Origin: Promethearchaeia archaeon
GTDB lineage: Archaea; Asgardarchaeota; Lokiarchaeia; Sigyniarchaeales; SOKP01
DNA: 13,875 nt
Reading direction: 5' to 3'
Assembly (NCBI GenBank): GCA_029856155.1
Contig: JAHQWL010000100.1
Coordinates: 1-13,875, forward strand
A program made the translations under genes and the position numbers. Below the pieces are notes generated by a model. That model was not told the DNA's origin. It did not search any database and was given only the letters and a program-made list of their open reading frames with translations. Positions 1 through 7,786 of this stretch are shown here, piece after piece. Each line of letters starts with the position of its first letter. The stretch's first letter is position 1.

Positions 1-1152
1 GCTTTAGAATCACTTGAAAAAGCTTTTGAATTAGCTAAAAATGTAAAGGCTCCTTATATTATAATCAGCACGTTAGGGAGCATGATCGAAGTCTTGGTTT
101 TAAAAGGAGAGATTGAATCAGCTAAGGAGTATTTATTGAAACTCAGAGAAATCGAAGAAAAAGAGAAGAACAAACTTGTGGAACTATACACTCAATTTAG
201 CGAAGGACTTATCTTAAAGTCAAGAAATAGAATACAAGATCGTGCAAAAGCACAGAATATTTTCGAAGACATAATTCAAAAAGAATTGATATCTGCAGAA
301 ATAACAATGAAAGCTCTTTTAAATCTATGTGATCTCTTGGTTGAGGAATTTCGCTTAACTACCGAATTAGAAGTATTAGATGAACTTAATCCATTACTCG
401 AGAAATTGTTAGTCATTGCAGAAAATCTCAATTCATTTTGGATTTTAGCTGAAGCTTATTTATTACAAGCAAAATTAGCCTTATTGAAAGGGGATATAAA
501 AAGTGCCAGAAAAAAGTTAACTGAAGCTGAAGGAGTAGCTGAGAAATACGGTCTCAGATTATTAGCGGGTAAAATATCTTATGAACACGATAAATTGTTA
601 AAGAATTTAAAAACATGGGAATCTCTCATAGAAAATGACGTTCCTTTAAAAAGGAGAATCGAATTGGCCGATCTAAATGTACATATTGAAAATATGCTTT
701 TAAATCATAAAGTAGATTTTGAAATTCATAAAGAAGAACCTGTGATAATTTTAATCATTACAGAAGGGGGTACACCCCTCTTTTCACATTCATTTATCAA
801 AGAAAAAACATTTGAAACTCAGGTAATTAGTGGATTTTTAACTACAATAGATTATTTTATAAAAGAAACTTTTTCTCAAGGGTTAGATCGGGCGGTTTTC
901 GGAAATTATACTCTTTTAATGAAACATCTCCAACCATTTTATGTTACATATATATTCAGTGGAGATTCCTATTATGCTCATCAAAGAATAAAGTATTTTA
1001 TTGATTCCATACAACATAAAACACCTATTTGGCAGAATCTGGTGAAATGTAATCAAATTAATAAGTCTATTCGCACAAAAGATATCCCTTTACTGGAATC
1101 CTTAATTACAGAGATATTTGTTAAAAATAAAATTGCAATAAAAGAATTGTAA
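1..1152 (+). CDS. TPR/helical-repeat protein with C-terminal longin-like domain (5'-truncated by window edge)
   Basis: The frame is open from base 1 (ALESLEKAFELAKNVKAPY...), so the real start is upstream of the window. Amphipathic TPR-like helices (AEAYLLQAKLALLKGDIKSARKKL) are followed by a longin-like segment (PVIILIITEGGTPLFSHSF...ISGFLTTIDYFIKETF...FGNYTLLM), an architecture common in Lokiarchaeia. Confidence 0.7.
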   Translation, partial: ALESLEKAFELAKNVKAPYIIISTLGSMIEVLVLKGEIESAKEYLLKLREIEEKEKNKLVELYTQFSEGLILKSRNRIQDRAKAQNIFEDIIQKELISAEITMKALLNLCDLLVEEFRLTTELEVLDELNPLLEKLLVIAENLNSFWILAEAYLLQAKLALLKGDIKSARKKLTEAEGVAEKYGLRLLAGKISYEHDKLLKNLKTWESLIENDVPLKRRIELADLNVHIENMLLNHKVDFEIHKEEPVIILIITEGGTPLFSHSFIKEKTFETQVISGFLTTIDYFIKETFSQGLDRAVFGNYTLLMKHLQPFYVTYIFSGDSYYAHQRIKYFIDSIQHKTPIWQNLVKCNQINKSIRTKDIPLLESLITEIFVKNKIAIKEL

Positions 1153-1270
1153 AATGTAATGTTAACTTCCATTATTTTTCTAGTGTTAAATTTGTTAAAA
1201 ATTTTAAATGATCTAACTTCTAATTCTTAATTATAGAGATAATAAAATTTGAAAATTAATTAGGAAATTA

Positions 1271-1825
1271 ATGAATAATTCTGAGGAATTCGGATTTAAA
1301 ATAGCGGTAATTGGGGATGGAGGGGTTGGTAAAACCTCTTTAATTAAAAAATTTACGAAGGGGACTTTTGAAAAAGATTATGTAAAGACTATAGGCGCCC
1401 AATTTTCAAGATTTGATAAAAAGATTGGAGAGGATTTAATTAATCTAATATTTTGGGATATTGCAGGGCAAGATGATTTTAATTTTCTACACCCTTTATT
1501 TTATAAAGAAAGTCGAGCTGGGATTATAGTATATAGCCTTGAAGAAAATGATTTAGGGACAGATAGTTTCGCACATATAAAGAATTGGTATACTGAATTA
1601 AATAAGTATTGTGGCGATATTCCTGTAGTTTTATTTGCCAATAAAGTTGATTTGGTGGAACAAAATAATTTAAATGAACTTGAAATTCAGAATTTGGTCA
1701 AAGAATATAATTTTCTTGGATATTATATAACGTCCGCAAAAACCGGACAGGGAGTAATAGAAGGATTTAATGCAATTATTGAAAAATTATATTATAAATA
1801 CAAAAAGTTGTCTATTCAGGGATAA
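1271..1825 (+). CDS. Ras-superfamily small GTPase, Rab-like
   Basis: G1 GDGGVGKT, G2 KTIG, G3 WDIAGQ, G4 NKVD and G5 SAK are all present. There is no C-terminal Cys prenylation motif, as is usual for Asgard small GTPases. Confidence 0.93.
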   Translation: MNNSEEFGFKIAVIGDGGVGKTSLIKKFTKGTFEKDYVKTIGAQFSRFDKKIGEDLINLIFWDIAGQDDFNFLHPLFYKESRAGIIVYSLEENDLGTDSFAHIKNWYTELNKYCGDIPVVLFANKVDLVEQNNLNELEIQNLVKEYNFLGYYITSAKTGQGVIEGFNAIIEKLYYKYKKLSIQG

Positions 1826-1873
1826 TAATTGAATGATCTTCTTTTATTCAATCTATCAGAAATCTCACTTTTA
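1812..1873 (-). repeat. R1: degenerate copy of the lrp 3' end
   Basis: Minus strand reads ...D*IKEDHSIIIPE-TAG versus lrp ...DRIKEDHSIIIPE-TAA. It has a CGA>TGA nonsense change and a 1-nt indel upstream. The 23-bp core at 1825-1847 is identical to 9785-9807. Confidence 0.9.
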
Positions 1874-1952
1874 GTTTAATCAAAATTAGAGAAATAAAGA
1901 TTATTCAATATAATAATAATATTATTTATCTAATACTGAGTATGGTTAAATT

Positions 1953-2432
1953 CTATAGTGTAATCCATATTTTAAGCGGATTTTCAATTTTTGGTCCTAA
2001 AGATTTAAATGATTTATGCTTAAAATGGTCATCACAAGAAAAAATTACATCGACATCAGTATAGAGAGGTAATACACAAATATAATCCCAAATATGAATA
2101 CCACTTTTCATGCTTAATTCTACAGCCTCTTTTACATGCTTATCAAAAATTTGATACCAATGCATAAACTTAGATGATAAGAGTTGGTTACAATACCTAG
2201 AAGCCATAGATATTGGAGCTTTTTTACCCCTAAATGCTAAAGCGTGAAAAATTTCGCAAAGTTGATGATTTGTCATTGAGATTTCACTTTCGATAATGCT
2301 CTGTTTTAAAAATTTGCTTGATTCTTGATGGAGATCAAGAGCATTCTCAAATTCAGATACGTCTTGAAAATTTGAGCGATCAGGTATCTTTTGTGCAAAA
2401 ATCCAGATTTCAGTATCTATAAAGATTGTCAT
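1953..2432 (-). CDS. vapC: PIN-domain toxin (VapC family)
   Basis: N-terminal IFIDTE, LCE, IWDYI and FSCDDHF supply the PIN acidic residues. The start is reassigned to ATG 2432, directly after the antitoxin stop at 2434. Confidence 0.85.
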   Translation of the reverse strand: MTIFIDTEIWIFAQKIPDRSNFQDVSEFENALDLHQESSKFLKQSIIESEISMTNHQLCEIFHALAFRGKKAPISMASRYCNQLLSSKFMHWYQIFDKHVKEAVELSMKSGIHIWDYICVLPLYTDVDVIFSCDDHFKHKSFKSLGPKIENPLKIWITL

Positions 2433-2433
2433 C

Positions 2434-2706
2434 TTAATCACGACTAATATCTTCAAAATTATATTCTTTAAAATCTTCTGGTTGACCGCCTTTAATTTTT
2501 TGTTCTAATAAGGCTAAAAAAGCTTCTCTACCATCATCGATATTGGATGATTCCTCATTACTTTTTTTATTTCTTTCTTCCAAAAGTTTGTTTATTGCAT
2601 CTTCCAATGTAACTCTTTTTCCCAGTTTGGTTGCCATTTCTCCTGCTAATTTATGTAGACTTTCAAGAGTTTTTTTTGATACTTTAATAGTAGTATTTTT
2701 ACTCAT
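2434..2706 (-). CDS. Ribbon-helix-helix-type antitoxin (VapB-like)
   Basis: MSKNTTIKVSKKTLESLHKL...VTLEDAINKLLE fits a beta-helix-helix pattern with an acidic tail. It is 90 aa from ATG 2706 and lies directly upstream of the PIN gene. Confidence 0.75.
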   Translation of the reverse strand: MSKNTTIKVSKKTLESLHKLAGEMATKLGKRVTLEDAINKLLEERNKKSNEESSNIDDGREAFLALLEQKIKGGQPEDFKEYNFEDISRD

Positions 2707-2759
2707 ATAGTATATATAGTATAATATGTATATAAAGTATACCGAATTTTTAAACGGGC

Positions 2760-2785
2760 TAGATGTATAAACTTGGATACATCTA
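2760..2785. promoter_or_regulatory. Perfect inverted repeat TAGATGTAT-N8-ATACATCTA (operator, terminator or recombination site; role unknown)
   Basis: 9-bp arms with an 8-bp spacer, lying between R2 and the antitoxin promoter region. Confidence 0.4.
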
Positions 2786-2798
2786 ATAAACTCATCAT

Positions 2799-2927
2799 GC
2801 ATTCTGGAATAATAATTGAATGATCTTCTTTTATCCGATCTAAAACAATCTCTGTTTTGACTTCCTCAACTCCTGGAAGGTTACGGAGTGTTTCAATAAA
2901 ACCCATCAAATTTTGATTATGTAGACA
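2799..2927 (-). repeat. R2: copy of the last ~42 codons of lrp, stop codon lost
   Basis: Encodes MGFIETLRNLPGVEEVKTEIVLDRIKEDHSIIIPE versus lrp MGLIETLRNLPGVEEVKTEIVLDRIKEDHSIIIPE. Over 35 codons (2802-2906) I count 10 synonymous and 1 non-synonymous difference. The stop position reads TGC. Confidence 0.95.
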
Positions 2928-2971
2928 TGATTCTTCTATTAAAAATATCTAAAAAAACAGAAAAAATACTT

Positions 2972-3026
2972 TTAAAATATATTCTGGAGATGCTATTTTT
3001 TCATAAAGATATAAACACCAGCAATT
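2972..3026 (-). pseudogene. Remnant of the 3' end of a beta-helix surface-protein gene, homologous to 5964-6019
   Basis: ttaaaatatattctggagatgcta-ttttttcataaagatataaacaccagcaatt aligns with ttaaaatttattctggcgttgctcgttttttcataaagatatacacaccagctatt. It translates to IAGVYIFMKK/ASPE versus IAGVYIFMKKRATPE*. Confidence 0.8.
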
Positions 3027-3082
3027 GTATCAACTCAACTAAAATGTTCAAAAAGTGGAGTTTTTTCTTTCTGTTAAATATT

Positions 3083-3505
3083 TTAATCTGAAAACATGCT
3101 TTCAGGAAGTATCCAAACAGGCGGATCTCTTTTAAGCCCTTTTTCTTTAAGTTTTTGTAGCTTATTTCTATAATTATTATAAAAATCGGTTCCAAAGATA
3201 CAAATACCATGATCAATGGCATCTAAAATAGATACGACACCTTCATGAAACATTTTATTAAATTCATCTATTCTATAACAAAACGCATCCAAACCTAAAG
3301 ATAATTTATAATTCTCATAAATAATGGTGGGTCTATGAATAAAAGGTTCTTTAAAGTCTCCAATAAATATTATGTCTAGGTCGCTATTTTCCATAAAATC
3401 ACCTCTTGCTCTCGATCCGAACAGGATTACACATTCTAATGATACTTTTTTATTGATATTTTCCGAAAATTTAATTATATAATCCTTCAAATCAGCCTCT
3501 AGCAT
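3083..3505 (-). CDS. Minimal nucleotidyltransferase (MNT), antitoxin of a HEPN/MNT pair
   Basis: LFGSRARGD...SDLDIIFI is the Pol-beta-type GS...DxD motif. The start is reassigned to ATG 3505, just after the HEPN stop. Confidence 0.9.
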   Translation of the reverse strand: MLEADLKDYIIKFSENINKKVSLECVILFGSRARGDFMENSDLDIIFIGDFKEPFIHRPTIIYENYKLSLGLDAFCYRIDEFNKMFHEGVVSILDAIDHGICIFGTDFYNNYRNKLQKLKEKGLKRDPPVWILPESMFSD

Positions 3506-3509
3506 ATCA

Positions 3510-3908
3510 TCAGTCTCCTTTAATTTCCTTATTAACAAAATTAATTATATCTTTCGCTTGATTTATTGCAATTTCTGCTTCTTGTTTATTATAAGCTTTA
3601 TGTGGAGCAATATTTGGAAGTGCATCGGGATAACGTGTTGTAATATAGTGTTTATCAAGGCTTAGTGCTAATCTTTCAATATTATCAAAATTTTCATTTT
3701 TAATATTCTTATATTTTTCTAAAAGCGAGTGAATAGAATGCCCCCACCCATTAATTTTATTATGATATAACAAGGCTTTCACTGCTTTTTCTGCAGCTTG
3801 CTGACAATGAAAAACTACAGTATTGAATCTATCATTCTCAAACAAAATATTTGCGTTTCCAAGATCCCAGTTTGCTTCCTCTAACCAATTGGTAGTTCGT
3901 TCATTCAT
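3510..3908 (-). CDS. HEPN domain protein
   Basis: WLEEAxxDL, FHCQQAAEKAVKALL, GHSIxxLL and LDKHYITTRYPD are signature motifs of the archaeal HEPN family paired with MNT. Confidence 0.92.
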   Translation of the reverse strand: MNERTTNWLEEANWDLGNANILFENDRFNTVVFHCQQAAEKAVKALLYHNKINGWGHSIHSLLEKYKNIKNENFDNIERLALSLDKHYITTRYPDALPNIAPHKAYNKQEAEIAINQAKDIINFVNKEIKGD

Positions 3909-4226
3909 GAAAGTGATCTATTTTTTTAAAAGTTGCTCTATATTTAATATATCCTTTCAATTTTAAATAACTAGGTAGTAATAGAACTTTTTTCTACCTA
4001 TTTTCATTAATTTTCTTAGATTTGATTCCCATATAATTTGATATAATTTTGAAAATAATAGGATAGTACGATACTTTTCAATAAGACTTATTGAAACTTC
4101 TATTCAATTATTTTTTTAGAAAACATTAAACAGTTTATAAATTATAGTTAAATCTTTTTAGAAAAAATTTATTGATTCACTTAAATACTATTATTTTCTT
4201 TATTATATTGGAAAAGGGGGTGTATT

Positions 4227-5048
4227 ATGTTGAATGAAACCAGATTAAATAAAGTCAATGAGGAAAATTTGGAAAGAATTTGGCAAATTCGTGATTATAT
4301 CCAGGAACTCGAGGATGTAAAGGACGGATTTATTGGATTTATAAGCTCTGATGATGATATAGATGATTCCACGAGGAATATTTGGATATCAGATGCTAAA
4401 GAATTCTATTTTAGCACAGTGACAGCTTGGGAAATGCTCCACTTTACTGTGAGGGGGATGAAGAACCATTTGGATGATTCTAAAGGCTTTTTATATCGTG
4501 CTAAAAGTCGATTAGCCCAGTCTATTAGTGAATTAAAAATATTTGAGCAAGAAAAAAACCTTTCTAAATTAATAACAAAAGCAAAATTAGCATTTGAAAA
4601 ATGTTGGAATGCCTTCCAACGCGAATATAAGTTAATCGAACCAGATATAAGTATAATGAAGCCTGTTCCAAGGGTAATAAAAAAATCTAATCATGAATAT
4701 CAACTTCCATGTTCTATTTGTGGTGAAATAGCTGTCGATTATAGAATAGGTGTTGGACAATTTGATAAAGAAGAAAAACTCCTTTATAGAGGGATTATAT
4801 GTGGTACATCGCTTAATAAGGGATTAGCAAATGAATTGTTTGAGATTTTGGAAAACGAGGATATTGCAGGTATTCATGAATTTATGAAGAACTATCATTC
4901 AAATGAAGGATTAGATGCATACTGCCCAAAGTGTGATAAAATCTATTGTTGGAACCATTACAAATTAGAAGAAGAATGGGATGAGGGTTTTTATGATTGT
5001 ACTTATGGAGAATGCCCAGAAGGATATAGGAGAATGATAGATGATTAG
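4227..5048 (+). CDS. Hypothetical protein with helical N-terminal half and Cys-rich, probably Zn-binding, C-terminal half
   Basis: 273-aa ORF preceded by a G-rich Shine-Dalgarno-like sequence (AGGGGGTG). It contains CSIC, YCPKC...YCWNH and CTYGECP motifs. Confidence 0.7.
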   Translation: MLNETRLNKVNEENLERIWQIRDYIQELEDVKDGFIGFISSDDDIDDSTRNIWISDAKEFYFSTVTAWEMLHFTVRGMKNHLDDSKGFLYRAKSRLAQSISELKIFEQEKNLSKLITKAKLAFEKCWNAFQREYKLIEPDISIMKPVPRVIKKSNHEYQLPCSICGEIAVDYRIGVGQFDKEEKLLYRGIICGTSLNKGLANELFEILENEDIAGIHEFMKNYHSNEGLDAYCPKCDKIYCWNHYKLEEEWDEGFYDCTYGECPEGYRRMIDD

Positions 5049-5094
5049 ATTCATAAATATTGATATTTTTTTTATTTTCTTTAGAAAATGAAGT

Positions 5095-5145
5095 TTATTT
5101 GGGAATTATAGTCGAGTAATTTTCCTTTATACCATTTAAAATCAT
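5095..5145 (-). repeat. R3: strongly degenerate copy of the lrp 3' end
   Basis: Ungapped alignment to 9772-9822 translates MILNGIKENYSTIIPK-TAA versus IVLDRIKEDHSIIIPE-TAA. It has the same orientation and the same stop-codon end point as the other copies. Confidence 0.7.
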
Positions 5146-5151
5146 TAATAA

Positions 5152-5442
5152 CTAAGTCTTAAAGTCTGGAATTCGCGAACCATGAATTAGTCTTATTATC
5201 TGAATTTTTTCTACAAAAATCCTATAAATGAGGCAGTAATTTCTTAAGATTAATTCTCTAATATTAGGATCATCAAGCTCAGGTACTTTTCTTCCCATTT
5301 TCGGAAATTTGACTAAATTTTCAACCTTTTCACGTGCCTCTTCATAAAATGAAAGGGCATATTCAAGTGAGTCTTGAGCAATATAATCAATAATCTCATT
5401 CAAATCGTTTTCTGAGATTTGTGACCATTCTATTTCAACCAT
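5152..5442 (-). CDS. RelE/ParE family toxin
   Basis: IEWS...DLNEIIDYIAQDS, FPKMGRKVPE and IRELILRNYCLIYRI...IIRLIHGSR are the classic ParE-toxin pattern. Confidence 0.9.
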   Translation of the reverse strand: MVEIEWSQISENDLNEIIDYIAQDSLEYALSFYEEAREKVENLVKFPKMGRKVPELDDPNIRELILRNYCLIYRIFVEKIQIIRLIHGSRIPDFKT

Positions 5443-5630
5443 TGTTCTAATCTTTTTTTGACAGTCTCCATAATTTGTTCATGAGGGATTACGTTACATT
5501 GCTCAATATCTTTAATTCCCGTGAGAATCTTTTTTTTAACATAAAGATGATACATAATATCATCAATTGTAGCATCTTCTGGCAATTTTTTTATAAGATC
5601 TATAATTTCTTCCTTGAGATTAGAGGTCAT
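5430..5630 (-). CDS. Antitoxin partner of the RelE/ParE toxin
   Basis: 66-aa gene overlapping the toxin start. KEEIIDLIKKLPEDATIDDIMYHLYV...GIKDIEQxNVIPHE resembles small proteins encoded upstream of ParE toxins. Confidence 0.8.
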   Translation of the reverse strand: MTSNLKEEIIDLIKKLPEDATIDDIMYHLYVKKKILTGIKDIEQCNVIPHEQIMETVKKRLEQWLK

Positions 5631-5730
5631 ATTTTCTCACTATTTAAATAATTTTTCTAACTTTTATAATTTCTCATATCGTTTTGCTTATTATTCTAAT
5701 TAAATTTTAAAATTAAAAAAAATATATCTC

Positions 5731-5754
5731 TGGTATAATTTTCTAATTATACCA
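5731..5754. promoter_or_regulatory. Perfect inverted repeat TGGTATAATT-N4-AATTATACCA (role unknown)
   Basis: 10-bp arms with a 4-bp spacer, lying between R4 and the ParE-type TA start. Confidence 0.4.
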
Positions 5755-5791
5755 AATAACGTTTTAAATTTCTCTAAAAGAAAAAACTTTT

Positions 5792-5893
5792 TTATTCAGG
5801 AATTATAATTGATAAATTTCTTTTTACGCGATCTAATACTATTTCTGTTTTAACCTCCTCTACTCCTGGCATGTTGCAGAGTTTCTCAATAAA
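5792..5893 (-). repeat. R4: diverged copy of the last ~33 codons of lrp
   Basis: Ungapped alignment translates FIEKLCNMPGVEEVKTEIVLDRVKRNLSIIIPE-TAA versus LIETLRNLPGVEEVKTEIVLDRIKEDHSIIIPE-TAA. Confidence 0.93.
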
Positions 5894-5970
5894 GTATGTA
5901 AAATTTACTTGATTAAGACATTCTATTACCATTAAAACATATAAGAAAAAAGAAAAATTCTAGTTAAAAT

Positions 5971-7460
5971 TTATTCTGGCGTTGCTCGTTTTTTCATAAA
6001 GATATACACACCAGCTATTACTGCGACTCCTCCGACTACAGAAACAACAATAATAACTATAATAACGCTTGGATCTATTCCACCAGCAGGGATATTTTTA
6101 GTTATCGTTACTTCTTCAAAAGTGAGATTTCCAGCTGTATCATTAGTATAGAACGTAATCGTTATTGATCCTTCAGATAGAGCTACCCAAGCTGCTTGGT
6201 CAATAGTAGCATTCGTAGTAATAGCATAAGTGGTTAAGCCTCCATCAAGAGAATACCAGACAGAATCTAAATTGTAATCTGTAATCGTAACAATGAAAGC
6301 GGGAGCAGTAGCTCCAAACTCAGCTCCAGGAGATGGTGAATCGATTATGATTAATGGTACTACTGTATCCTTTATTATACTTACATCAGCAGTTCCCATA
6401 TTTCCCGGTATATCAGAAGCATAAAAAGATAATGTAATCATACCATCTGATAAAGCATCCCACGCTGATTGTTCAATGTTTCCAGATAATTCTGTAAATG
6501 TGTAATTATGTAAACCACCGTCAAGAGTATACCATATTTCAAATACAGAATTATCTGTCATTGTAACATCATAGCTTGGTGTATTACTTCCAAATACATC
6601 ATCATCGCTAAGCGAATTAATCGTTATCGATGGGGCACCATCTTCAGCTATAGGGAAATAATCAACACTCCCGGCAGAACCACCTATATACGTATACGGC
6701 TCATCCACAATTCCATCTTGGGGAGTTGTATCTGGACCAGTATGATTATCCCAATAATTCCCAATCGTCGTGCTTTTCCACGTATTATCAGTTCCCCCAT
6801 CATAAGCATGCTTTCCATTTTCTAGAAAGAAATTTTTATAGAGTGAATTGTTTCCACAATCGGTATCCTCAATATATATTCCCCTAGTATTATTGTATAC
6901 GACATTCTCAGTAATACTATTATAATCGCAATTAGATTCTAAATATATCCCGTACTCGTTACCGTTTACAGTATTTCCCGAAATGGTGTTATTATCACAC
7001 TGGTGTAAATATATCCCGTAATGGTTACCATTTGCAGTGTTTCCCGAAATCGTGTTATTATTGCAGTTAAAAATTATATATAACCCCAAAGTGTTATTAT
7101 TTGCGGTGTTTCCCGAAATCGTGTTATAATCACAATTACCATCAAAACATAGCCCTTCAGCATCATTATCGTTTGCAATGTTTCCGAAATGGTGTTATAC
7201 TCACAATAAGAAAATAAATATATCCCAAGATCGTTGTGGTTTGCGGTGTTTCCCAAGATGGTGTTATTATCGCAATTATTATGTATATCTATCCCGGTCA
7301 TATCGTTATCATGTGCGGTGTTGTTGTAGATGGTGTTATTATGACAATTACCATAAAAATTTATCCCGTCTCCGGTATTGTTACATGCGGTTTTTCCCGT
7401 AATGATATTATAATCGCAATCGTTATACAAAAACATTATTATGACAGTTGTGCAGTTGAA
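5971..7460 (-). pseudogene. Membrane-anchored surface protein (NosD/PbH1 right-handed beta-helix, Ig-like domains, C-terminal TM); frameshifted and 5'-truncated
   Basis: Repeats of GIYL..CDNNTISGNTAN.N, then GNYWD...DGIVDEPY, two P.I.I.SP...WYSLDGG Ig-like units and a TM segment followed by KKR. ORFs 7074-7436 and 5971-7089 join if CC at 7184-7185 is restored to the CCC seen in sister repeats. No signal peptide or N-terminus is seen, and the 5' limit is approximate. Confidence 0.85.
6960..7350. repeat. Imperfect intragenic tandem repeats, ~66-72 bp period (beta-helix coils)
   Basis: A recurring motif similar to gtgtttcccgaaat(c/g)gtgttat appears near 6970, 7037, 7106, 7178 and 7246, with a weaker copy near 7317. 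Confidence 0.75.
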
Positions 7461-7525
7461 ATCTAAATCTAAATAGTCTAATATTTCTGAAAAAACATAA
7501 ATAGTCAGAAAAACATATATTTTTT

Positions 7526-7786
7526 ATGACAACTCAAGATAAAACAATTGTTGGAAAAAAAGGAGAAATATTACCCAAAAAACCACTAAGGGAAATATCA
7601 GGGATTAATCCCGGAGATGAGGTAATTATTGAGGCACATCAAGGAGAACTAATTATAAAAAAGATTTTTTCTGTCGAAGAAGCATTAGCCATGCCACCTA
7701 TCAGCTCTGGCACTGCCGAAAGTATAGAAGCTGATATTAAAGAGGAGAGAGAATATCAGGAGAAACTTACTAATGAAGAACATTAA
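7526..7786 (+). CDS. AbrB/MazE/SpoVT-family antitoxin
   Basis: VGKKGEIxxxKxLRExxGINPGDEVII...GELIIKK is the swapped-hairpin signature. The gene overlaps the downstream PIN gene. Confidence 0.88.
   Translation: MTTQDKTIVGKKGEILPKKPLREISGINPGDEVIIEAHQGELIIKKIFSVEEALAMPPISSGTAESIEADIKEEREYQEKLTNEEH

Noticed and set aside
2433-2802. ORF-track N-terminal extensions (starts at 2456 and 2802; likewise 3538)
   Set aside because: They overlap upstream genes or promoter DNA. The downstream ATGs (2432, 2706, 3505) match domain starts and operon coupling.
2703-2909. 68-aa ORF starting with Lrp C-terminal sequence
   Set aside because: It is R2 read through a mutated stop (TGC) into the antitoxin promoter. 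It has no HTH and is a fragment, not a gene.
3001-3222. 73-aa minus-strand ORF
   Set aside because: Out-of-frame overlap with the MNT gene and no recognisable motif.
3900-3930. tcattcatgaaagtgatctattttt faintly resembles the repeat core
   Set aside because: It needs gaps to align, overlaps the HEPN start, and is too weak in AT-rich DNA.
4074-4097. CTTTTCAATAAGACTTATTGAAAC resembles archaeal CRISPR repeat ends (…ATTGAAAC/G)
   Set aside because: Single copy, no spacers and no cas genes.
5971-5979. The surface-protein gene ends in PE-stop like lrp
   Set aside because: Similarity is limited to three codons and is treated as coincidence.
7178-7466. Plus-strand ORFs 7178-7402 and 7236-7466
   Set aside because: Antisense shadows of the repetitive beta-helix coding sequence.
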